Source: Monocercomonoides exilis PA203
Lineage: Eukaryota > Protista > Preaxostyla
Assembly (NCBI GenBank): GCA_001643675.2
Contig: LSRY02000026.1
Span: forward strand, 124,001 to 188,000
DNA: 64,000 nt
Direction of reading: 5' to 3'
Below, in pieces: positions 22,708-36,300 of this stretch. The notes below the pieces were generated by a model that was not told the DNA's origin, searched no databases, and saw nothing but the letters and a program-made list of their open reading frames with translations. Both the position numbers and the translations under genes were made by a program. Positions within the stretch are counted from its first letter, which is position 1, and every line of letters starts with the position of its first letter.

Positions 22708-25700
22708 TTAATTTGCTATTTCCTCCAAGCTAATTGCATCTGATACAGTAAGAATTGTCATCCCTTTTATAAAATGAACAATAAATTCTCTCTTTTGATC
22801 CTTCAAGCTCAATCTTCCTTCAGAATAATGCTGCACACATGATTTCTCAATCTCTTTCATTGAACTTCTTTCAATCTTAATCATATCTGGCCTTTCTCCT
22901 TTTTCAATCTTGTCCCCAGCAATCACAGCATCGTTCTCTCCAAACGGGATCTCCAGTGTCAGGCACTCCCACAGCATCATCCCAATCGAGAATGAAACAG
23001 ATTCTTTTATTGCCCCCATCTTCTTGTTCATCAGCAACTTTGGAGCCTTCCACCTCAGGTATTCCTTCCTGTTGTCATCCTCATCCTCAAATGCTGATGA
23101 AGGAAGGGAGTCACTATCATCATCATCATCACTGGCAGATGTCACAACAGACGATGACGAGATGGATGATGAATCTGATCTATTATCAGAAGAGAAGTCT
23201 GAATGCATCACGATGCAGATCACCATGTGTTCTGAAAACAGTACAATGTAAGGACTCAGAGTGGAAAGAGAAGATAATCCATTTTCCATCTCATCAAAGG
23301 AGTGGAGTGCCAGATTAGCCACCCAGAACAGGATCTGGGCAGCTGTTTGCTCCCTCTCCTGAAGAGTCCCAATTGCCATCTCTTTTGTCTTATTCCTTCC
23401 ATGGAGTAGCATGAACAGCGAATCCCTCAGATCCACTATCAATTTCTCATAAGGAGACGAACATGCCATTGCATCCACCAGATTCGACATCGATGAGGTG
23501 GTTGGACAAAGATCCTCTCTCTGAACAAAAGTCGAATCAGAATCAGTTGTTGAAGTGGATGAAATGGATGGTGATGGTGATCTCTTTCTTGTTTCCTCTT
23601 CTTTTTCATCCACCTTCTCCAATGCCCAATCAGGGATTTTGTCTGAATCTCTCCCCAGGATGTATTCAGTCGATCCACTTTCAGCCAGCAAGTGTTCTGA
23701 TGATTCTGAATGCTGAAGGCTTTTCGCATATTCCCTCTTCTTGATCCTTTCATCGTTCTTCTTCTCTGCCTCTTTCTCTGCACTCCTCCACTGCTCCTCA
23801 GGCGACATTTCCATCGTCACCATTTCAATCAGCTTCGGATCTTTTCTGATATTATCATTCACAATCTCTCTCAGATCTTTCGCTTCATTCTTTGCCTTTC
23901 TCCATCGAACAGCCAAAACAACAGATACAATCAGAACAATCACAAGAATAACAACAAGCACAATCACAATTAACAACCAATAGGATTTTCCTTCTTTCCC
24001 TCCTTCAACAATTCTTTCATCTCCTTTTCCAACACTTTCACTCCTGTTCTTCACAATAAATCGCTCTGTTGATGAAGTTGAATCTCCTTTCCCAAACACA
24101 ATCCACACACTCACTTCTGACTCTTCTCTCACTTTCTCCAATTCAGAACATGAAATAAATGTGTGAATCTCATTCTCTGACACAAACCCATCTTCTTCAA
24201 TCCCCTTTCTCACAATCTCCTCTTCTTCCCCATTTTTCATGCTCATCTTCACTGACAAATCACATGGCAGAAGCAGCTTTCCCACAATCATCAACTCCAC
24301 ATCCCCATTTGGCTGAGAAATATTCTTCACCTCTTCCAAAATGGGGATGAAAAATGATGATCCTCTTTCAGTTGCTATCCCTCCCAATTCGCAACCCTCA
24401 TCCAATATCCACAATGATGAGTTATCTTTCAACCCATCTCCCCCTTTCACACTCACAACATTCAACTCCCCGTTCCCTTCACAAATCACATTCCTTCTGG
24501 CTGATGGATATCCCTCAATCGATGGGTTGTTGTTCTCAAATTCTCCTTTCTCAATCTTCACACTCCCTCCACTCACCCACAACCCACCTCCCCTGCTCTT
24601 CATAATCGTTGTTTCCCTCATCTCCACATTGCTCTTCTCAACATCAACCAATGACCCATTCCATTTGCATAATCCCTCTTTTATCTTGTTTTCTTCATTT
24701 ACAATTTCATCTTTTATTTCTCCATCAAACACACATGCCTCAACCCTCACATTCTTGGAATTCCTGATCTGCATCATTCTTCCCTTATCAACCGAATTCT
24801 CACACTTTCCGAATGAGCTGTTCAACACACTCACCCCTTGCTCAGCATCTTCCATCCCAATCACACACCCCTTTGACATCACATTCACATTCTCAACTCC
24901 CATCTCTTTCATCTCCACTTTCGCTTTCCCTCCAATGCTCACAACATCTCCCTCACATTCAATGTTCGATATTCTTGTTTCAACAATTGTCACATCCGAT
25001 TCTTCACAGAATGAAAGCACTGATCTTGTTGAATGAATATCCCTGAATGTTGTCTCCGATATCTTCAGCTCTCCACTTTCCACACTCACAATTGAACTGT
25101 TCAACTTCAAGGCCTCAGCTGTTGTTGTTGAAGAAGAGAAGAATTCACATTTTTGGATCTCCATTGAACCATTCTTCACTTTTATGAGACAATTGTGAGT
25201 CAACTCAAATCCATCTTCAAACTGGAATGAGCACCTCTCCACTGAACATACATTCACAAACTCCATCACACAATCCTTCTCAGCTAATTTTTCAATCTTG
25301 CAGTTCAACCAAACAATCCCCTGTGTCTTTTTCCATGAGTTCACAACCAGGTCTCCAATCACACACTCCTTCCTCACAAACCCTTCCCCATCAATCAGAA
25401 TCCCATTCATCACCCCTTCCTGAATGTGCTCAACCCCACAGTTGATGCTGGAACAAGGGTTGCTCTGTGCCCCACATCCCCTCCCATCACTCCCTCTCCC
25501 ACTCACAAACACCTGTGCCGAATAATAGAATGTGATCAGCGGGATCAGATCAACATCTCCCTCGCTCCAACCATCCCTCCCACAGATCGAGTTGTTCGAG
25601 TTCAGTGACTCCTGATTGTAGTTCAGTGCAAACAGTGTTTCGTTGATCTGATGAGCAATCGAGTGGCATCTGACAAACACGTCTTTCCCCACATGTGCCT

Positions 25701-28700
25701 CATTCATCACAAACAGGATGTTCACAATCTTGAAATTCAGAGGCAGAATCTGACTCTCATTTCCATAATTCGCATGTGGGTCAGATTTATCAATAAACAG
25801 CCCTCCTCCACACCCTGTCTCACTCGAGCACTTGCACATCGAAAATGAGCTACCATTCACTTTCAACACCGACTCCCCACTCTTCAGCACCACTCTCATC
25901 CCCCCTCCTTCATCACTCAAACCACTCTTGCAACTCGACATCGAACACTCATCCACCACACACTCCACTCCATCCTCAAATGATCCCACATCAACAACAC
26001 TCGCTCCAATCCCTTCTTTTGTGATGTTCGCAAATGAACATCCAACAACCCTCAGAACTGGTCTGTTCCCATTTTAAAAACCCTTCTTTTCTCCATTCTT
26101 CTGGTTTTCATCTTCCATCATCGAAATCAGGCTTCTTTCTGTCACATCTGCAAATGAAATGTTCACATTCTGAACAGTCACCTCACCTGCACTTGGGCTG
26201 AACGCAATCAACCCTTTCAACTCTGAAATCAAACTCAACGAGCTCCTCTCAATCACAACACTCCCCCCATTCACTCTCATCACACAATATCCAAAACTCT
26301 CTGCCACCCCCCTCCCTGGCCCAAATGAACAATCTGAAACTGACAATAATGTGTTTGCTCCAGAGGATTCAATCGACACTTCATGATGGGTTGTGACGGC
26401 TGGCTTGGTGAATGACACATTCACAAATGACAGACTCACATTCGACGATATCATTGAACCATCAGACAAATCATTCTCATCTTCATCACTGATCGTCACT
26501 CCTGTCCCTTTCTTTGTCCCTTCAATCACAACTTTTTGTGACTCTGATATTGATGAAGAAATTGAAGATGAAAATGAAGAAGAAAATGAAATGGAATGAC
26601 TCAGCAACCCTGATCCCACAATGGAAATATGTGTTTCCCCTTCTCCAAGTGTTGGATATCGAAGTGATATCAAGTGGTCAATCGATGAGCATGGTGCCTC
26701 GGAATACCCACACCCACTGAAGTCTCCTCCTTTCTCAACTGAAACAAACCCATCCCCACTCCTATTCCTCCACAAATACACAACCAGTGGAATCACAAAC
26801 CCCTCCTCTCCTGTTGTCTTCCTCTCCCATCCACACAATTCATCCAATGACCCCAACTCCTCTTCCTTTATCTCCCATTTCAGGTGCTCCTCATTCGCAA
26901 TCTCACTCAGATCCCATCCTGACACAAACACATTCTTCCCTTTCCATGCATTGCATCCCTCAAACATCACCCCTTCCATCACAAATGTTCCCATCTCATC
27001 TGCCAGCTTCACAAACATCCCTCCTCCCATTCCTCTCCCTCCGCTCACAATCTCACTTGTTGGCACAACACATCCCGATAATTTCACTCCTTTCATCTCC
27101 AAACTCCCTCCCTTCCCCACTGATATCTTCATCCCTCCCCCTTTCATCCCACTCCCCCCTGAACACACTGATGACAAATTGCTTTCTTCAATATTCACAT
27201 TCCCATTCACACCCATCTCCACATTCAAACATCCTCCCCCTCCTCCTCCACTCCCACCAACAACTTCCACTCCACTCATTCGGCTGTTCACAATCTCCAA
27301 TTGAGCTCCATTCGAAACAACAATTGGTGATTTCCCACTCATTCTCACTCCCCCTTCCATCACAAACCCATTCACAACCAACCCTCCTCCATCAATACAA
27401 ATCACATTGTATCCAATCATTTCATCATTTCCAAATGTGACTGAACAGCTGGTCATTGTGATGGTTGATGACAATGAGGAGGAGTGGATAAATGCATTTC
27501 TCTTCCCATTCATCTCTTTATTCAGCACAAATGACAAATATCTCATCTCAAATGATTTTGAACATTCAATAAGGTTATTCTGGGTTATCGATCCTTCATC
27601 CCTCACAATCACCCTCATCCCTTCTTCTTTCCCACACACACTCACCTCAAATGAAACAACTTTCATCTCATTCTTCATCCATGATTCTGAGGCAACTTCA
27701 ATTTCATGAACATTGATGCTCGCTCTCTTCCCAACACAATAATCAATCGTCAAACACCCAAACTCCTCAAACCCACAATGGCTCTGATCCAGCGCCCTCT
27801 CTCCTCTCCCATCAACTCTCAGCTTTGAGCCAATTGAACACAAATACACAAACAGCGGAATCACTTCCCCTTCTCTCCCATCCTCACTCCCACACAACTT
27901 CACAATATCAGAGGGAATAAAACTTGAGTCAAAAAATGCATATGAACTTCCATTCACTTTCCACTCCAACAACACTCCTCCACCACATTCAACAAACATA
28001 TCCTTCCCATATGAAGCTTTGTTATTCTCCCCAAACACAAACAAACCCTCTCTTCCAGATTCCATTTTCATTGAACCATCCCTGCTCTCCATCACAATCA
28101 TCATCCCTCCCCCTCTCCCTTCCCTTCTCCCATCTGAACTCTCCCCTGAACCCTTCGCCTCGCACCCATCAATCACACAACTCCCATTCACAACAACACT
28201 CCCTTCCCCCTTCACAACAACACTCATCCCTCCTCCTCTTCCACAAACACACCTGCACCCCTTCACAACACACGATTCAATCACAATTATCCCATTCTTC
28301 CCCTCATCCCCTTCTGCCCCAACCACTCCACTCACCCATCCCCCATCTCCACTTCTCTTCTCAATGTTGTTCACCTCACACCCACAAAACACAACTGATT
28401 CCACCCCTTCACCAAACTCAATCAGTGAATGTTCTACAAATCACAATGTCTCTGTGATCACCAATCCCTCCACTTTCACTTTTCCCCCAATCACATTCAC
28501 AAAACTGAATCCAATTGAATTATCAGATGAACAAACAACAGAACAGTCAGTGAGTGTGAGGAGTGTGGAGTTGGACGAAATCAGAGATGATGATGCTGCA
28601 CCAGACAGAGCAGATGGAATACACAACTTGATGTTCCTCACTGAACATTTGCTCAACACCTCAATCAGACAAGATGACTCAGAATTCTCTGGTGCTTTCA

Positions 28701-29200
28701 CTCCCATTTCCATCACTTTTGTCGCACATGAAATCTCCCATTCACAGCCATCTGTCATTCCAACTGCCTCAGCAAGCTCATATCCTGAATCCAATTCGAT
28801 CTTCTTGTTTGTGCCTGGATATCTCACCTGCGCTGCATGTGTGATGGTAGCACACGGATAATAATCAAACCCACAGAACCACGAGTCGTATCCACCCAGC
28901 CCATCCTTCACCTTCCCCACATGTGTTGTATCTGGATATGAATCCAAATACACATTCAGTGGGAACAGCCCCATTGTTGTGTCACTCCGATCATATCCCA
29001 CCAGCTCATCGTATTTTGAACTGTCATGTTGGACATTCAGCGTTGAGGAGCTTATTCCCCAGCTCGCTGAATTGCTCCCATTCACAAACACATAATTCCC
29101 TCCCAATGAAGCAGAACACCCTGTAAATCCACAGACACGATCGAGAATTCGTGAGAGCCATCAGCCAGATGCATCATCATACTTATACCATTTCGACAGC
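22708..29200 (-). pseudogene. Large surface receptor-like gene: pectin-lyase/Pmp-like beta-helix repeats, one TM helix and a C-terminal pseudokinase; 5'-truncated
   Basis: ORFs 28441-29106, 26074-28404 and 22708-25989 share one frame and are separated by single stops (TGA 28441, TAA 26074). GGG-motif repeats, CGxxxxPCxSI motifs, TM WLLIVIVLVVILVIVLIVSVVLAV, and kinase-like RWKAPKLL...FSIGMMLWECLTLEIPF. Confidence 0.8.
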
Positions 29201-29548
29201 AATTGCAATTGTAACAAAGTATTTGTTCCTTTTGTGAAAAAATGAATATCTGTCTTGTTTTGTTTGTCAACTTTAATTACATGAAATCCTCTCCTTATTA
29301 TAATGATCTGCACTGCAACATAGCTTTCGTTGTTGTATTTATATCATTAAAATTGTTTTCAACTTAACTGGCGTTTCCACAAACTATATTTATTAGAATA
29401 AACAAATTTTAACATTCTCAGAAATTTAAATATAAATAATGTTTTTGATCATAAATGAAAAAATAAATTATGGGATTTTTGATCAATCATAAAAATCGAG
29501 TAAATTTTCATGATCGAATTTCGCAATTTCCCTCCTTGAATAGCTTTG

Positions 29549-30390
29549 TTAAATTATGTAGATTAACGCTATGATATTCGAATTTTCTAAAAAATTCAAA
29601 CTGAAAGTGGTACAATTTTCATCTATGCACCTTTGGACCTTATGTCGAAGAAGAAAATGCTTTAAAAGTGACCGTGACCGTTCGATCCTGTTTGTGTGAC
29701 ACTTTGTTAATGAATCAACAAAGTGATTTTTGTGATTAACAGTTCGATGGATAAAACCAAGCGTGTTTAATGAACTATACACTTTCCAACAGTTAGTATT
29801 ATTTGTTGTGTTTTTTTTAACAGCTGATTCAATGAGAGATTGCAACACAGGTTTTGTTCGATTTGGAACAATTGATAAAAACATATTGCTTCTTCCTTTT
29901 GCTGTTTCAGGCCTTTCGACACCCCCAACAATCCATAATAATGGCTTTCTTCTTCCAACTTTGAACTTTCTTCGATAAAAAGCAGCTTCAACGATTTCAA
30001 TCGTTTTATTTTCTCCTCCAATTTTGAATTTATGTTGCTGTTGATGAAGAACAATTGCTTTCCGAAATAAAGAATAAAGTCTTACAATTGTGAAGACATT
30101 CACTGATGCCAAAATTGCTGCTTTAAGCTGTTCCAAATGAAGCCAAAAACAAAAAAGCAATAACGCTAATCTTCCGTAATGGTAACTTAATTTTTTCAAA
30201 AACAGTGTTGCTTCTTAATGATTTTTTTACAGTGTTTGCACCTAAAATTGTAGTAATTTCCTCTTTCAAGTTGGAAATTCATGTATTTTTTGCATTTCCA
30301 ACAAAACATAAATGAATGAATAAAATATATGTTCTGCAGCCATCTGATTGTCTTCAGTTCATCTTGAAACAAATTATAAAGCTCTGCCAA
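29549..30390 (-). pseudogene. Merlin/ISXO2 (IS1595-like) transposase pseudogene
   Basis: CWKC...CKHC finger, RRKFKVGR, WIVGGVER, VPNRT, HRTVNH and HTNRIE. Frameshift near 30197 and the first two catalytic Asp positions are degenerate. TIRs not identified. Confidence 0.88.
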
Positions 30391-30569
30391 ATGTTTCCTC
30401 TCAATTCCATCGAATGGAATTTTGAAATAGGTATATTGAAAAGTAATGAAAAGGGACCACTCCCATTATTTTTTTGTATTTTCTAAGTTCAAAATTATTT
30501 CGAATTCACTTCTTCGTTTAATAACTTCATTTTTTTATGAAATAAAATAATTAGCAATCGACAAAAATG

Positions 30570-32162
30570 TGTGAAAGATGTATATATTCTGCAGTCGATG
30601 AAATTATTTCTTGCCGAAACTTCGTGCTATTTTGATAAATCCTTAGCATCAAAAGGAGAAGTTTGGATCAAAGCCATCCACCACATAATAGGATTTTCCA
30701 TCGATATGGTCAATCTGTGCGAATCCATCTTTTCGCCATCAACATGGAACTAATATTTACTAAGTTTCGCTCCTTTCGGAGAAGAGTGGGCTGAATGCAA
30801 CTATGGTCCACCTCCAAGTGATTGGTTTGACTGGGTAATTATATGTTTAGATATCTTTTTTGGACTTCACGATAAGAGACAAAAATGGTCTTCGCTATGC
30901 AAAACACGTTCAGCAATCTCTCTTGTATTTCAACTGTTATTTGAAAAGCAGTTAGCAGATTATCCATTAATGAAGATTTATTTCCGATCCTCCCAAAGAC
31001 TAGAAAGAAGAAAGAAGAAAAACAAGACTCCGATTTGGAATCCAAGAGTTCTTTTGGACTACATAGCAACCTTAGGTGAAAACAAATATCTGGATAATGA
31101 CACACTCATGAAGAAAACAATCTGCCTATGTATCCTTTTTTTTGCATGACGCTTCACTGAACTCGAGCGAATAAGTCTCAAACATTACACAATAAAAGAG
31201 GACTCAATTGCCCTTGACACCTCACTGAAGACCGGAACGGAAAGAACGGATATCATCATCCCATTCCTCCGAGAAACACCACTGATTTGCCCTGCATCAG
31301 CTGTGAAGGAATTGTGGTCTAGAGTGGAAAAGATACAAACAAATTCTGATCACTTATTTCTGAACGAAATTACAAAAAAGCCCCTGTCTTCAAGATCCCT
31401 GAAAAAACTTGCATCTGAAATCATTCACAAATCAGGCATTCCAGAATGTTTCGGACCTTGATCACTAAAGCACGCTTCAATATCTGCCTTAACGATGTCT
31501 GGAATGCCCATAGCACAAGTTGCCAAGTTCGCAAGGCTGTCTCCGCGAAGTGATACGATAACATACTCCTATTTTCAATAAGATATTTCTTCCTCTTGCA
31601 CAAGAGCTGTTGCAGTTCAATCAACCAAAATCAACGTTCAAAGTGAAACACAAAGTGACTCAGCTGATCCACATTTAGTGAACTTGAGAATCTCAGAAGA
31701 AAGTTATGCAAGCAGAAATGACGGCGATGACTCAACCACAGTTGACAACGAACATGAGGAAGTGGATTGAAGTGGAGATTCAGAATCTTTACACATGACA
31801 AAGCGAGTACGAAGATTGAAGATGAAATGGAGAAACAGCAGATTTTGCAGCAATCAGAGAAAAGCTGTTTGGAATTCAACAACGGGTTGTCTTAAGCCAA
31901 GCCGAATCGAGGAGCCAGAAGACAACAACATCGAAGAACCAAAAGTGAAGAACCAGAGTGAAAGAAAGATCGAACAAGAAGTCAAACAAGAAAAATCCGT
32001 TCAGTTCATAATAAGAACAAGATCACAAGCAAAGCAAGAGTTACTAGAAAAAAAGTTGAAAAACGGAGATCTCTAAATCTACTTAATCCTTTTGATGCTT
32101 CACGTCTTCCCAATTAAGTATTTCTCTCAAAACATAAGAGAAGGATGCGAGTCACATTTTAT
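30570..32162 (+). mobile_element. 3' remnant of a DIRS-type retroelement (tyrosine recombinase pseudogene plus terminal repeat), same subfamily as 55901-60190
   Basis: Broken frame RFTELERI...LDTSLKT...ICPASAV...SLKHASISALTMSGMPIAQVAKFARLS is homologous to 56063-57402. The two share TTCATAATAAGAACAAG and a similar terminus (32122-32162 vs rc 55901-55942). Confidence 0.82.
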
Positions 32163-32212
32163 TAAAAAATGAATATTTAAATCTGGTACTAAATTATCAA
32201 TTTCACGAGAAT

Positions 32213-33060
32213 ACTTTTAGAAAAAAATTAAATGACAGGAAACCTTCAAAATACTTTTTATTATTATTCCTGTAAATATTTAGGGTCATAATTTTTCAAT
32301 TTTTGTGAAAAGAACTGGAATTTTTAGTTTTATTTTTAAGATCAAAGACTTGCTCATATCTCAACAAGTTTTTTGTTCTGAGGATTTTGAGTGTTGTAAT
32401 TGGTATTAAATCTGTCATTTTTATGTTTTTGGTTATTTATTGTTGTCAAACACTTCGTTTTTATTATTGTTTTTTCCATTTCATAATTTTTTGACAAAAT
32501 AGAGAATTCATGTGTTCTTACGAGATATTTCATTATTTTTAAAGCGGAAATATAAAAATTATCAATAAACAAAGGGATAGAAAAGGATGAAAATTTTTCA
32601 TTTTTTATGGTCGTGATTATTATTCTTAAAGATTTGTTTTTGTGTATTTTTATTTCCTTTTATTCAAATCACATTCTTTCATTTCAAATTTTTGTGATGA
32701 TCATAATATTCATTTTTCCAACGATTTTTCAACATAAAAATATAATACAATCTCAAATTTCATTTTTTTCTCATTTTTTTGAAATGTCGATAAACAGAAA
32801 AAACAATAATAAAAACGAAGTGTTTGACAACAATAAATAACCAAAAACATAAAAATGACAGATTTAATACCAATTACAACACTCAAAATCCTCAGAACAA
32901 AAAACTTGTTGAGATATGAGCAAGTCTTTGATCTTAAAAATAAAACTAAAAATTCCAGTTCTTTTCACAAAAATTGAAAAATTATGACCCTAAATATTTA
33001 CAGGAATAATAATAAAAAGTATTTTGAAGGTTTCCTGTCATTTAATTTTTTTCTAAAAGT
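32213..33060. repeat. Long, apparently perfect inverted repeat (~263-bp arms, ~320-bp spacer); foldback/MITE-like
   Basis: About 32213-32475 is the reverse complement of about 32798-33060 with no mismatch seen. No TSD and no credible ORF. Confidence 0.92.
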
Positions 33061-33384
33061 GCTTTGGAGAGCCAGAAAATTTAGGTTCCGATTAATTTTT
33101 TGGGTCCCTATAAACTACTGACATAATAGCCTTGATGATGAATAATAGTTAATAGTGTTGTACAACAAAAATATTTAAAAACAAAAAAAGGAAAAATAGT
33201 CAATATAGCTCATTTGATGAAAACAAACAACTATATCAATAAAAATACAAAATAGAAGCATTACTGGTATTACTTATGAATAAAATCAAAATAGAAAAAA
33301 TAAAAATAATAATAATAAGAGTGTCACTTTTCTTTGTCAATATGCATCAACAACAATCACTGACTGCACTCATCCATTTATTTT

Positions 33385-36300
33385 TCAGTTGTTCCGAGAT
33401 CTTCTCTTCCTGACTACAACAATTGCAATAATCACAACAACCACCACTACCACCACAACCACAATAGGAACAACAATAGCAACCACAGTCCCTGCACTCA
33501 TCATCTTCTTCTTTTCTGGTTCTGGCTCATCTTTCTTCTCCTTCAGGTATTTCTCATACACATCTTCAGGAGCAGCCTCTTCATCTGTTGCCCCCACAAT
33601 CCATCCTTTGTTGTCGTCGTTGTAGTCCTTCGCAAATGCAAAGGAGTCTTTCTGTTGGCTGAACTTATCAAAGTCTGGAGCAATGATGCACAGTGATGCC
33701 ACCGATGAATCTTTCCCTTTGTTGTCACCTAACTCAAGTTTGCCTACATCCGGAAGTTTCAAATTGTCAACTGCATCTTTCACTTCAATGAGAATAGCTC
33801 CTGCCTTTCCACTTGCTGCTTCACACGATTTGAATGAACATTTCTTTTCTCTTCCCATTTCCACTGTCGAATCGTCATCAACCATCTTGATCATAACACC
33901 TGCACACAATCCCTTCGATGATTTCACTCCATCCATGCTCAACCCTTCTATTCGAACACTCGATGCTTTTTCAGCTGCATCTTGGATGTTGATTGCTGCT
34001 CCATCTGTCACACTCACTTTGTTGATCTCAACTGTATCTAATTTGACTAAAGAAGCACTTTCAATATCAAACAATGATTCTTGGAAGTTCACTTCATTAT
34101 CACCCTTGCATTCAACTCCACTCATTATAAGTTCTCCTTCTGTCACTTTCACAAGATGGATACCAACTGTTTCTCCAACATTACTGAGTGCATCTGGCTC
34201 TGGTCTCACAAATTTGCAGTTCACAATACTCAACTTTGCATCTGCACCCTCTGCAACAATCAATGAATGTGGATCGGTATTTGATTCCTCTGGCTCATCC
34301 AATGACAATGGATAGAAAAATGAAATTCCTCTGAACTCAACTTCACTTTTGCATGTGAACAAATGATTGTCTGATTTAACATTACAATCGATCTCCACTT
34401 CTGTTTCTTTTTCTGTTTCTTCTCCATTTGTTTTGGTTACACCCACAATCGTTGTCAATGAAAATTTCTCAAGTGTGACAGCTGCAGCTTTGAATGATTC
34501 ATTCGTTTTGATGATATTGATCTTGAAGTTTTCTCCTCCAACACCCACTCCAAACAATTTGTATGCTGAATCCAGTTTTTTCTTTGGGTTGTCATAGCTC
34601 AATCCATTTTTGGAATCATCTGTTGCTCCTTCACTGACATACACATTTGTTATCGGATCAAAATACACTTCTGTGAAATCAACTTCAGAGCTATCCTCTG
34701 TTCCTTTTGCAACAACAAAGCATTTATTTTCATTTTTCTTGTAGTTGGCTGCAAAGCTTTTCTTCATCGCTATTGCCATGTCTCTGTGAAGGCTGACTGG
34801 CACATCCAAATATAATCCTGTGTTCTTTTCAGCATTTGATTTTTGATCTGCCTCTCCTGCCTTGCACCCTGTGAATACTAAATTGGTTCCTGTTTCTGGC
34901 CATGTCAGTTCATCTGCTTTTGTTGCATTTTTCATCTCCAGACATATTGCTCCTGATTTCCCCTTTGTACATGTGCATTTTTCAAATGTTGTTTTCCCAG
35001 TGTTTCCAATGGAGAATGTGCTTTCTGCATGTTCGCTCTTCACATAAAGTGCTCCACATGAATCTGTTGTTGTATCTTCCGATTTGCATTCTGTGAATGA
35101 GCATGTGTCCAAATTCACTGAAAGAGCTGTGTCTGTTTTGCCAACAATTTTCATAACAGCACTTCCCTTTGATGTGATCTTCTTCAGATTCAATGATGTC
35201 AATGAAACAGCTGTCACTGCTGTTGTTGTTCCATCAACCAAAAATGGTATTGCTGAAAATTTCACTTCGTTCTCAGAAGTGCATTCGACCTTGTTCATTG
35301 TCAATGTCCCTGCACTCACTTTCACAAGATGGATTTTTATTTCTTCCCCTGTATTTGTAAGCATCCCACGTGTATTTGTTTGTGTTGTTTGCTTAAAATC
35401 ACAAGTGTCAATTGTTAGTGATGTTGATACTGAATCAGCATGAATCAAGGCATAAGTTCCTTCATTTCCTTCAGATTGATCTGTTACTTGTCCAGATGCT
35501 GATTTGAAATCAAACACCAAATTCTTGAATGTCACTGTTTTTTGACAGGTGAATAAATCGCTTTCAGAAATATTGCTACAATCTATCTCAACTTTCGTAT
35601 CAGCTTCATTTCCAGTTTCCTCTGCTTCCACCACTCCTTCTATCGTAATACCTGTCTCTTTTGAGAATGTCACAGCTTCTGCTTTAAGAACTTCTTGTCC
35701 AGATTCTTCTCCTTTTTTCATTATTTTTATGGAAAATTCTCCTGGACCTTTTGATTTATCCAATAAATCATAAGCTTTTTTTATTGTTTTAAATGGTTTT
35801 TCTTTTGTTCCATCTGCTGCGTCATCACTTCCTCCACTTTTAACATATGCCTCATGTGGATCAAAATATTTCGCAGTGAAATCAATATCTTCACTCTTCG
35901 TTCCCTTAGCTGCAACAAACCAGTCATTTGTTCCTTCCACATAGTTTTTGGCAAATTTCTTTTTCATCTCTTCGGCAATATCCTGTAACTTGTCATCAGG
36001 CACTTCCAAATACAAAAACGTCTGTTTATCTGAACCAGCTTTGCACCCTCTAACTGTCAATTTATCTTCCTCAGACCATATCAGATTATCTGCACTATCA
36101 ATTTTTGGCATCTTCAGATATATCCCACCTGATTTCCCATTGGCACATTCACACGAAGTAAATGTTGTTTTTGCATTTGAATATCGCTTACTTTCTGAAA
36201 TATTAAATGTGCTATCTGTTCCATTACTTTCAACATACAATGCTCCACTTGTGGCATTAGTTCCATTTTCTGTTGATATGCAATTGGCAAATGTACACCC

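Noticed and set aside
29549-30390. ISXO2 transposase as bacterial contamination or recent horizontal transfer
   Set aside because: Merlin elements are established eukaryotic relatives of IS1595-type transposases. This copy is decayed and embedded among eukaryotic loci.
30570-32076. Tyrosine recombinase next to the inverted repeats as a dedicated invertase for the twin genes
   Set aside because: It is interrupted by stops and frameshifts and is clearly a remnant of the retroelement family at 55901-60190.
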